Below are positions 19,089 to 26,726 of a DNA stretch of 64,000 bases, piece after piece. Position 1 is the stretch's first letter; every line of letters starts with the position of its first letter. A program made the position numbers and the translations under genes. This DNA comes from a virus. Under the pieces are notes generated by a model. The model was given only the letters and a program-made list of their open reading frames with translations. It ran no database searches and was not told the DNA's origin. The DNA is taken from IMG/VR virus record IMGVR_UViG_3300045988_142974, positions 1 through 64,000 of that record, one strand, 5' to 3'.

Positions 19089-19122
19089 AGAGTAGCGAGA
19101 AATTACTACTCTTTTTATTTTT
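19089..19122 (+). terminator. Rho-independent terminator-like hairpin
   Basis: agagtag / ctactct stem followed by ttttattttt. Confidence 0.45.
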
Positions 19123-19130
19123 GCTACACA

Positions 19131-19160
19131 ACAAAAAAGACCAGCTTACCTGCCAGTCTT
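19131..19160 (-). terminator. Strand-specific terminator downstream of the MazF-like gene
   Basis: On the minus strand AAGACUGGC / GCUGGUCUU pairs using G-U wobbles and is followed by UUUUUU. The plus-strand version has C-A mismatches. Confidence 0.5.
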
Positions 19161-19361
19161 TAAGTGATTTGTGTTTTGTTACAAATATTACAGAACTTAA
19201 ACCTCGTGAAAGATCTTTGTGAGATTATAATACTATTGTTATTATAGTAGAATAGCCACGCACGTATGCATGGCTACCTAATTGATCTGTTCATTATAAT
19301 AGACTCAGTTGCACGTATGCAATTTGTCCGTATTGAGTATTTCTTTTGTAAGATGAATATA

Positions 19362-19973
19362 TCACTCTATAGGAAAGTTGTCAATACTAAAATTAAAGAA
19401 TTCATTGATTTTCTTATAAATTCTCAATATATTATATTTTCCAACATTATATGTTTTCTGATAAGAAACCTTTTCTATTCTACGATAGTGAATCATTCTC
19501 ATCTGATCAAATCTAAGATATGATATTTTCTCAGGATTTCGTTCTTTATTAGGAACTCCTAATTTAATTGGAAGCTCCATAATCCTCAATGGTTCACTTG
19601 AACATGGGATAATAAAGTACATATTCGCCTTCATTTCTGACATAATTATTCCATAATGACCATCAGATAATTCGCTACAATATCCATAACCGAAATTTAT
19701 ATGAACAATATCGCCTATCTCAATTTTTGTTGGATAATTTGAAGGCAAAAATTTCTTTTTCTCTTCAATTAATTCTTTTCGTTTTTCTATATCCTTTTCT
19801 AATCTAATTTTGGATAGCAGAGATTTCTCTTTCTTATCCTTTCTGGTATCCAATGCTAATTTACGACACCATGAGAAAAATAAATCCCAATCTTCGCTAT
19901 TGACATTACTAATAATTGTGCCTTTTAACGATCCAATAAGGGAAGACATTTTTCTATTTTCTTCTTCTGTCAT
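19362..19973 (-). CDS. MazF/PemK-like toxin-fold protein with an ~85-aa N-terminal charged helical extension
   Basis: GDIVHINFGYGYCSELSDGHYGIIMS ... IIPCSS ... SYLRFDQMRMIHYRRI follows the MazF/PemK pattern (GDI..v.f..G.E..g.RP.vv ... P.TS ... dQir.id..R). Start moved to the ATG 9 nt after GGAGG. Confidence 0.6.
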   Translation of the reverse strand: MTEEENRKMSSLIGSLKGTIISNVNSEDWDLFFSWCRKLALDTRKDKKEKSLLSKIRLEKDIEKRKELIEEKKKFLPSNYPTKIEIGDIVHINFGYGYCSELSDGHYGIIMSEMKANMYFIIPCSSEPLRIMELPIKLGVPNKERNPEKISYLRFDQMRMIHYRRIEKVSYQKTYNVGKYNILRIYKKINEFFNFSIDNFPIE

Positions 19974-20008
19974 ATAATATGCCTCCATTTCAGAATTTGT
20001 TACACATA

Positions 20009-20037
20009 ATTATATGACAGAATTTACCATATATCAA
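20009..20037 (-). promoter_or_regulatory. near-consensus sigma-A promoter (TTGATA - 17 nt - TATAAT) for the MazF-like gene
   Basis: Hexamers at 20037-20032 and 20014-20009 on the minus strand, spacer counted as 17. Confidence 0.6.
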
Positions 20038-20040
20038 TAT

Positions 20041-20070
20041 GAAAGAAGAGTAGCCAACCGACTACTCTTC
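20041..20070 (-). terminator. Terminator after the DUF262 gene
   Basis: gaagagtag / ctactcttc 9-bp stem followed on the minus strand by TTTC. Confidence 0.5.
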
Positions 20071-20076
20071 CAATAT

Positions 20077-21075
20077 TTACTGTAATGTTTTTACAATTCC
20101 ACGCCAATAATCGAAACGTCCTTTGACATTCTCTTTGCTACCAGTTCCATTTAGAACAAACTGTTTATATTCTTCATTAGAATCATAAGTAACGATAAAT
20201 TCAATAATTTTTTCTACAAGACGTGAGAATGATTTCTTATCTTTCTGAATGCGATATCCTGCATATAAAATTTGTGGAATACTTGTGGATGGAATTTTTA
20301 TATCCTTTTCAAATGATTCATTGAATTTATCCATAGCTCCCTTTAACACATTGACTCTATCAAGATATTGATCTGCATAATCAGATACATAAGCATCAAT
20401 ATCCTTTGTCCTGAAAGATGTAAATTCTTTTTCTTGATTGGATGATATAAGCATCATTGCTTGAATAATTATATCCCTATCAGTTCCATTTTTACGCTGT
20501 GCCTTTGACATAATTTTATCCATAAATGGATGATTAGCGAGAGAGTAAACCATTTCGCTGAACTCATCTGATTCATGTACTACACGAAGCAATTTACCAT
20601 TCAGAGGTTTCCCTGAATTCTGACGGGCAAACATGATTTTTACTTCTTCATCTGTATAATCAGACAATGTGCAAAATTCTAATGTACAAGCAAGAAGTGT
20701 TTCTTTTACTTCATCATCAAGTTTCTTAAACTTCTTTCCTGCAATTTCATATTCCTTAATGACCTGTTCTCCGTTTTCTTTCACAGATATGAATACATTT
20801 GGAGTATCTTTACTTAATGAAAATACATCATTAATATAATCAATACAAGTTGATGTTCTCTGAGAGCCATCTAGCGGATAGATTACATTTTCTTCCTCTA
20901 CAACATAAATTGGATTCACTGGAATGCCACTTAATAAGCTATGGATCAAAAGACTCTTCATTCGAGTAGACCACTGTCCAGTCGGTCGCTGTAAACGATG
21001 TTTGAATGATATATTACCCTTTTTATTTTGATTGTTTATCCATTGCAAAGTTCGTTCTTTACTAGAATTCTTCAT
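20077..21075 (-). CDS. DUF262 (ParB/Srx-like) domain protein, no recognisable DUF1524/HNH partner domain
   Basis: LQRPTGQWS...LIHSLLSGIP and LDGSQRTST match the DUF262 FQR...W and DGQQR motifs; GGAGG RBS. Confidence 0.6.
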   Translation of the reverse strand: MKNSSKERTLQWINNQNKKGNISFKHRLQRPTGQWSTRMKSLLIHSLLSGIPVNPIYVVEEENVIYPLDGSQRTSTCIDYINDVFSLSKDTPNVFISVKENGEQVIKEYEIAGKKFKKLDDEVKETLLACTLEFCTLSDYTDEEVKIMFARQNSGKPLNGKLLRVVHESDEFSEMVYSLANHPFMDKIMSKAQRKNGTDRDIIIQAMMLISSNQEKEFTSFRTKDIDAYVSDYADQYLDRVNVLKGAMDKFNESFEKDIKIPSTSIPQILYAGYRIQKDKKSFSRLVEKIIEFIVTYDSNEEYKQFVLNGTGSKENVKGRFDYWRGIVKTLQ

Positions 21076-21109
21076 CGCGCTACCTCCTTCAAAAAATTGA
21101 AAATTTTTA

Positions 21110-21124
21110 CTATCTTGAAGATAG
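21110..21124. promoter_or_regulatory. 15-bp palindrome CTATCTTGAAGATAG in the DUF262 leader (candidate operator)
   Basis: Perfect dyad read directly, about 35 nt upstream of the DUF262 start. Confidence 0.4.
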
Positions 21125-21190
21125 CACAGATACCATTTTTTGTAAATATTTTACATAAAATTTGAATCATTTTTAATATTTAAAATTCGA

Positions 21191-21237
21191 CAAAACTAAT
21201 GTTCTGGATTGTATTTAATTTAATACAATATTAAAAT
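21191..21237 (+). promoter_or_regulatory. promoter P2: conserved box CAAAACTAATGTTCTGGA + TTGTAT - 17 nt - TAAAAT
   Basis: Hexamers and spacer counted; box repeated at 21698 and 18590. Confidence 0.5.
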
Positions 21238-21398
21238 ATAGATATTGGTAAGTAGTATAGAAATGTGCCATATCATTCTATAATCCGAAGGCTACTCTAA
21301 TATCTATATCATATGGCATTCGGAAAAATGAATCTGCCCTTTCTGGGCGCATATTTCCCTAATTTATATTTCTATTCTATAGAGAAGGGAGGCGAGAC

Positions 21399-21545
21399 AT
21401 GTTAAACTTTTTAACAAGTATTATCGGAAGTGGCAAGTATAATTTACGCTCCGTTTTAGGAAAAGTCATTGTCACAAGCATGATTTGTAAACATACTGAA
21501 CTTTCCGATAGTAAAGTAAAAGACATCACTAATATGATGTTATAA
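21399..21545 (+). CDS. small ORF (48 aa, MLNFLTSIIGSGKYNL...)
   Basis: GAAGGGAGG RBS 6 nt upstream, hand translated, followed by a terminator; below the ORF-track size cut-off. Confidence 0.45.
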   Translation: MLNFLTSIIGSGKYNLRSVLGKVIVTSMICKHTELSDSKVKDITNMML

Positions 21546-21593
21546 TATCTTCTTGCATATGCTGTATTCATATTTCCTTTTATTCCATTGGTA

Positions 21594-21625
21594 GGGCTGT
21601 CTCACGACAGTCCTATTATTTTTTT
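21594..21625 (+). terminator. Rho-independent terminator
   Basis: gggctgtc / gacagtcc stem, tcac loop, T-rich tail. Confidence 0.65.
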
Positions 21626-21697
21626 GATTAAACACCAACAATCTTATAAGCAATGTTAATATGCATAAAAAACCTCCTTTATATTGGGTATTTTCTT

Positions 21698-21744
21698 CAA
21701 AACTTATGTTCTGAATTGTATTTATTTAAGTACAATGGTAAAAT
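21698..21744 (+). promoter_or_regulatory. promoter P3: conserved box CAAAACTTATGTTCTGAA + TTGTAT - 17 nt - (TG)GTAAAAT
   Basis: Same architecture as P2; hexamers and spacer counted. Confidence 0.5.
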
Positions 21745-21933
21745 ATGGTTATACATAAGAGGGCTATGAACGCACCGTAGCCTGTGCGTATCTTATGTGG
21801 TAACTTATTAATTTTCACGTTTCCTTTTTATTAAGGAAGAAAGTGAGTACAACGCTCTTGGAAGAAAAACATCTAGTGGGTTCTCCACATCATATTCCCA
21901 ACCGTTATCAACATCACGGAAAGGAGGTGAAAG

Positions 21934-22089
21934 ATGGTAGAACTAATGCTTACATATTGTCTGAAATTCGGCGAACTTGGATTAGGTTTTTATCTGGTAC
22001 ATAAAATGTTTTCCAAGAAAACTAAAAACTTTCATTTTTCTGCTGACCAGAGTAGAATAGAAGTTGATAGTTCATTCTATGAGGAGTAA
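21934..22089 (+). CDS. small ORF (51 aa, MVELMLTYCLKFGELGLGFYLVHK...)
   Basis: AAGGAGGTGA RBS, hand translated, terminator downstream. Confidence 0.45.
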   Translation: MVELMLTYCLKFGELGLGFYLVHKMFSKKTKNFHFSADQSRIEVDSSFYEE

Positions 22090-22153
22090 GAGTTCTTCAT
22101 TTTCATTTTTCATATCCTTTTTGTGAAATTGATAAAGAGTGTCATTCTTATCT

Positions 22154-22190
22154 GAGTCCGCAGTTTATGCTGCGGACTTCTTAATATTAT
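22154..22190 (+). terminator. Rho-independent terminator
   Basis: gagtccgcag / ctgcggactt stem followed by a T-rich tail. Confidence 0.6.
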
Positions 22191-22280
22191 ATTCTCTTTT
22201 TATAAGTTATTTTTTGGAATTTTCTAGTTGAGTGAAACACACACTCAAATACATTACTGAATTCCGAAATCGCAATGTAA

Positions 22281-22310
22281 ATCAAATTAATTAATTATAT
22301 TCAATATTCA
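22281..22310. repeat. right arm of the perfect 30-bp inverted repeat
   Basis: Exact reverse complement of 18186..18215. Confidence 0.95.
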
Positions 22311-22725
22311 CTCTATACTACTTCTTTAGCTGGTCTGATTACCAGCGAGCATAGACTATTGTATAAATACAATAGAAACCAGACTGTACTTCCATATCTC
22401 ATAGAGATATCGTGCCTTCCAGTCGTTGAACCTTCGTCCTCTCAAAAGAGTAGGAGGGGAATTTTCCATATTCCTTTCGCTTGGCTGCGAATATGTAATC
22501 TTGTATAATAATGCCTAATTTTTATTATACCGTTCACTTAGCGTTATTGGTTAGCTTATGAACAAACATCAACTTTTCCTGTTTTTCAACTCTATCATAT
22601 ATAATGTTCTCTATTATATACTTTTGCATGATGTTAATTATACAATCCTCGACAATATATTTTGACACCCATCTTTATTTTACTTGGCGATTGCAATATG
22701 GCATCACTACCATACAGGGCAAAAT
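22311..22725 (-). ncRNA. group I intron catalytic core (5' part of the tape-measure intervening sequence)
   Basis: Minus strand carries AUUCGCAGCC (Q-like), GUUCAACGACU (exact R core) and AAGUACAGUCUGG (S-like) in canonical order, then hairpins ctattgta/tacaatag and ctggt/accag. Confidence 0.6.
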
Positions 22726-25700
22726 CGTTGTGTTGATTTACCTTTGCCAAGAATAGCTGCAATTGGTGCAAGAATAGTTGGTAACAATCCAACTGTATCT
22801 ACAAAATCAGTAGCACCTTTAAGCAGAGTGGATAATAAACCAATACCATTCTTAATAGTTTCGGAGTCTATCACCTTAAACCAGAACTCCTGCGCACGAT
22901 TTTCTAATTGTGCCATTTTGCCATCAATACTATCAAGATAAGAGTTTAATTCTTTTTCTGCTGATCCCAATGCTTCTTCTGAAGATTTCTTAACAGCTTC
23001 AAGCTGTGTCGGATCTTGCAGTATCGCTGAAGCAATATTCGATCGGTTTTTGCCCGCTAACTCTTCAATTAAAGCTGTGGCGTGATTTGTTCCCAGCTTT
23101 TTATCTTGTTCCTGAATTTCTTTGTAAACCTTGGCAATTCCAAGAAGAATTTCGTAAGTATTTTTATAATTTCCATTACTATCAAGAATATCAAAACCTT
23201 GATAATTGTTAGAAGCTACGGCAGTATAATCTTTGATTATCTGTTGTTTTTTTGAATTTGTTGCTTTTACGAAAGCATCCACTTCCTCGTTCATTGCAGA
23301 AAGTTCTTCTTCGGCTTCTTCCGTACCAACCAATCTAAGAGAAATTGTACGTAAACCTGCTGAAACACTATCTGCGTCCTGAATCGTTGCATTCGCTGTA
23401 GTGACTAAACTAGCAGCCTCATCAATTGTGTTCCCCATAAGTGAGAGAGTAGCTGCTGATTTTTGAAGGGCGGTGGCTAATTCATCTGTTGATATTGCAT
23501 AATTATTACCTACTTCATTAAGCTTATCAACGATAGTCATTTTATCTAAGTCTTTATATGCTTGCCCCATAGCAACAAGTGACTTAGTTGCATCCTCAAT
23601 ATTATCAAATTCAGATACATTCAATAGGACATTTGCTGTTTTCGCACTTTCGGCAGCTTTATCAAGCGACTCACCCAATCGCATGTAATCGGCAGTGCTT
23701 GTCTGTATTTGTTTTGCAGTTGTGCCAACTGCGTCTGCCGTATCAAAAGTTGTATTTTGATAATTTTTTAAGCTTTGTAAAGATTCATCAGATACTTTTC
23801 GCATTTCTGTAAGGGCAGTATTAAGTTCTCTTACGACACTTAAACCTTCTTTACCCAGATTAATAACATCATAAAATCCAAACATTCCTGCCATCTGAGC
23901 AGCTAATTGATGGAATCCGCTATTCTTTAAAGTGTCCCACAATGTTCTGCCAGCACGACCAGCTTCAACTTCGGCATTGTAAATCTTTAAGATTTCACCA
24001 TGAATCTTATCAAGACTCATGCTAGGATTGCCACTTTCAATTTCAGCATAGTAAGCCTTAATTTTAGCTTTTGCTTCAGAAGACATCTTACTATTTTCAT
24101 TGAGAAGTTTGTGAATCTTGTCTAATTCTTTCTGACCAGAAACAAAGTTATATCCCTTTTCAGAAGCCGACATATTAGTAACAGTAGCGATAGTATCTTT
24201 GATTTTCTTTTCATACTTGTCCAATTTAGAAATATCATCGCTTGTCACCAAACTAGCATCTTTACCCTTTAATTCATTAAGCAGAGTTTCATACTCATGA
24301 ACAGCATTCTTGACAGCCTGTACGTTTTCTAAATATGTACTACTTGTCCAACCACCATCATTAAATCTATCAATGGTTGTCTTGTATTTATCGATCTTAC
24401 CATTATAAGAATCCAAACGTTTATCATACTTATTAAGGTTTACATTGGCATTCTGTTCTTTGGCTTGTGTATTTTCCTTAACTTTCTGAGTGTTCTGTTC
24501 TAATACATTATTCTCTTCTTTGATGGAATTAGTAGCAGACTCTACAGAAGCAGAAACATCCTTATCAGAAAATGCGTCTTTCTTTTGCTCTGTAGAAGCA
24601 GTAGTAGATTCCTTAACAGCTTGAGCAGTTTTCTCTGCTTGTTTCTGAGTTTCCTTTAATTCAGATTGAAGCTTTTCTTGAGATTGAACTGTATTATCAA
24701 CTGAAGAATTGTTGGAATCTAAATTCATTTTTTCATCCAACTTATCTAAATCTGTATAGAGATCATTTATCTCGTTTTGGATTTTTTCTTTTTCCTCAAC
24801 AAATTTTGACGCTATAGAAAAATTATTATCTTCATATCCAAAAAATGATTCAGCCCCACCGATACGAGATAAACCTCTTGTTGTATATTCATCAAGTGCT
24901 TTTTGATCATTTGCCTTAATTAAATCATCATACTCTTCAAGACTATATTTTACTTCAGATAACCATTCGTTTCTGTCTTGTATAAGTTTGTCAACATTAA
25001 AGATATTATTAGTACCAGTTAATTGTTTAATTCTCTTATCTGCTTCACGAATTTCTTCCTCTGTAGGTAATTGGTCTGCAAAATATCTGTCATTACCATG
25101 GAAATCTTCATGAACAGTTAATTTCTCTTGTAACTGTTGAAGCTCTCTGATAATATTCTCTCTTTTTTCAATTTCAGCATTCAACTCTAATTCAGATTTG
25201 ATTTGCTGTTCAACAGTAGAATCAGAAGTCAAGGAAATATTCGTTTTCTGTCCAATCTTACTCTGTGCGTCAGCCAACTTCTCAGCTTCTTTAGCAGCAT
25301 CTTGATATGCATTACTAATATTCTCCACTTGTTTGACAGCACCACTCGTATTACCGCCCATATTACTCATATTTTTATTAACATTGAGAATATTCTGACT
25401 CAATTCAGAAAGTGACTTGTCAATATTCTGGATAGAAGAGAGTAGTGTCTTCGTACCAGAATCATCTACTTTACCAAAAGCTTTGCTAAAATCTTTAACA
25501 TCAGATGTAATGCTTTCTAACTGTTTTGATAAATTCTCAAACTGTTTAAAATCACCTGTTCCTTTACCAAGAGAGTCAAGCATCTTATCAAGTTTTTGAA
25601 TGGCACTTTCCAATGTCTTTGTATCAATATCGAGATTGATTTTATAATCTTTTCTTTCGAGTTTGTCTACTCGATCTTGCGTTTCTTTCAGTTCTTCTAG

Positions 25701-25754
25701 GACTTTTTCTATATTAGTCCTAAGTTCGACTTGAGTGATATAACGTCCAGCCAT
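22707..25754 (-). CDS. tape measure protein, N-terminal part (exon 1; the last ~6-15 codons of the ORF are probably intron read-through)
   Basis: TP901-type tape-measure core (NNYAISTDELATALQKSAATLSLMGNTIDEAASLVTTANATIQDADSVSAGLRTISLRL), long coiled coils, hydrophobic end LLPTILAPIAAILG. Confidence 0.8.
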   Translation of the reverse strand: MAGRYITQVELRTNIEKVLEELKETQDRVDKLERKDYKINLDIDTKTLESAIQKLDKMLDSLGKGTGDFKQFENLSKQLESITSDVKDFSKAFGKVDDSGTKTLLSSIQNIDKSLSELSQNILNVNKNMSNMGGNTSGAVKQVENISNAYQDAAKEAEKLADAQSKIGQKTNISLTSDSTVEQQIKSELELNAEIEKRENIIRELQQLQEKLTVHEDFHGNDRYFADQLPTEEEIREADKRIKQLTGTNNIFNVDKLIQDRNEWLSEVKYSLEEYDDLIKANDQKALDEYTTRGLSRIGGAESFFGYEDNNFSIASKFVEEKEKIQNEINDLYTDLDKLDEKMNLDSNNSSVDNTVQSQEKLQSELKETQKQAEKTAQAVKESTTASTEQKKDAFSDKDVSASVESATNSIKEENNVLEQNTQKVKENTQAKEQNANVNLNKYDKRLDSYNGKIDKYKTTIDRFNDGGWTSSTYLENVQAVKNAVHEYETLLNELKGKDASLVTSDDISKLDKYEKKIKDTIATVTNMSASEKGYNFVSGQKELDKIHKLLNENSKMSSEAKAKIKAYYAEIESGNPSMSLDKIHGEILKIYNAEVEAGRAGRTLWDTLKNSGFHQLAAQMAGMFGFYDVINLGKEGLSVVRELNTALTEMRKVSDESLQSLKNYQNTTFDTADAVGTTAKQIQTSTADYMRLGESLDKAAESAKTANVLLNVSEFDNIEDATKSLVAMGQAYKDLDKMTIVDKLNEVGNNYAISTDELATALQKSAATLSLMGNTIDEAASLVTTANATIQDADSVSAGLRTISLRLVGTEEAEEELSAMNEEVDAFVKATNSKKQQIIKDYTAVASNNYQGFDILDSNGNYKNTYEILLGIAKVYKEIQEQDKKLGTNHATALIEELAGKNRSNIASAILQDPTQLEAVKKSSEEALGSAEKELNSYLDSIDGKMAQLENRAQEFWFKVIDSETIKNGIGLLSTLLKGATDFVDTVGLLPTILAPIAAILGKGKSTQRFCPVW

Positions 25755-25763
25755 GTATTAACC

Positions 25764-26249
25764 TCACTTTCTTAAAATTTCTTCAACTCTATCATTTACA
25801 AGTTTGTCTAATCGTCCATTCCAACCAGTCATAATATCTCTATCTACATACATATATGGTGGAATAGAACGGTGCATCATCCAACGACCATGACCATGCT
25901 CACCATTCATGAACATATAATCAAAAGCTGTTCCTGTATTTAGTGGTTGTTTTTCATATCCTTTATATGGAGGCTCATCAAAACCCTGATATGGATTCAT
26001 TGCACTTGAATCAACAGATAAAGTTAGAATATTTCCTTTTCCACTTGTTCTTGTACTGTCTAAAATTTTCATAAAATTATATGTTCGTTTATACATATTT
26101 GGCTCATAATCGTTGTACCAATCAATAAGGGAATATCTTACTGATTCTTTTAATAATTCATTTACCTGTGGTGCAACTTCCTCAGCCATATGGTTTTGAA
26201 TTCTGTCTAATTTCTTCTTGAAATCACCATAGAGATTATTCTTCGCCAA
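25764..26249 (-). CDS. hypothetical protein upstream of the tape measure
   Basis: ORF 25764..26342; start moved to the TTG 9 nt after GGAGG. Confidence 0.4.
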   Translation of the reverse strand: MAKNNLYGDFKKKLDRIQNHMAEEVAPQVNELLKESVRYSLIDWYNDYEPNMYKRTYNFMKILDSTRTSGKGNILTLSVDSSAMNPYQGFDEPPYKGYEKQPLNTGTAFDYMFMNGEHGHGRWMMHRSIPPYMYVDRDIMTGWNGRLDKLVNDRVEEILRK

Positions 26250-26382
26250 TCTAATCACCTCCAAAAATTTCACTATTTTTACACTAAAATAGAAGAGCAG
26301 TATAACCACTCTCCATAAGAAAAACCCTATACACTTTGACATGTATAGAGCCTGTTTATTTCACAAGAAATTTGAATTTCAA

Positions 26383-26724
26383 TTATTTATCCCAATCTCT
26401 ATGTCCATAATATTCTTCTAAAGATTTACTTGTCATAGTAGCCATTTCACATTTTGTACCCAATAATTCCTCAAGTACAAATGGAAGCTCATCAATTAAA
26501 ACATGTTCTGGTTTCTTATCAATTTTATCGCACCAAAAATCATCATCTAAAAATTCTGCAACTGTATAAACAGTTATTTTCTTATTTGTGATTTTTTCTG
26601 CACGTCTTTCAATATCTCTCTTCATAGTTCTACACAACGTAATAATTGGATAACCTGTTTTAACAGCTTCAATAATAATATTTGTTGTCTTACCACAACC
26701 TCTTGGTAAATTCATAATTTCCAT
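26383..26724 (-). CDS. small P-loop protein (113 aa)
   Basis: Walker A-like PRGCGKTT and Walker B-like HVLIDEL. Confidence 0.4.
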   Translation of the reverse strand: MEIMNLPRGCGKTTNIIIEAVKTGYPIITLCRTMKRDIERRAEKITNKKITVYTVAEFLDDDFWCDKIDKKPEHVLIDELPFVLEELLGTKCEMATMTSKSLEEYYGHRDWDK

Positions 26725-26726
26725 AC

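Larger units (their letters stand above)
18179..22725 (-). mobile_element. intervening sequence in the tape-measure gene: group I intron core plus 4.1 kb cargo bounded by inverted repeats (5' boundary approximate)
   Basis: Lies between two halves of one tape-measure reading frame. Q/R/S-like elements at 22483-22492, 22421-22431 and 22379-22391. TAG ending in G at 18179 directly precedes the in-frame exon 2. Confidence 0.6.

Noticed and set aside
21377-21571. Minus-strand ORF 21377..21571 (64 aa)
   Set aside because: It is antisense to the plus-strand 48-aa ORF, which has a strong RBS, promoter and terminator. It has no RBS of its own.
18181-22320. Target-site duplication flanking the 30-bp inverted repeats (classical transposon insertion)
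   Set aside because: The outer flanks (tttctattta | ... | ctctatacta) share no convincing direct repeat, and the cargo has no transposase. It remains only an alternative hypothesis.
18179-22725. Group II intron or intein as the explanation for the split tape measure
   Set aside because: I found no GUGYG 5' end, no domain V-like hairpin near the 3' end and no reverse transcriptase. The intervening sequence is full of stops in the tape-measure frame, and its genes are on the opposite strand, so it cannot be an intein.
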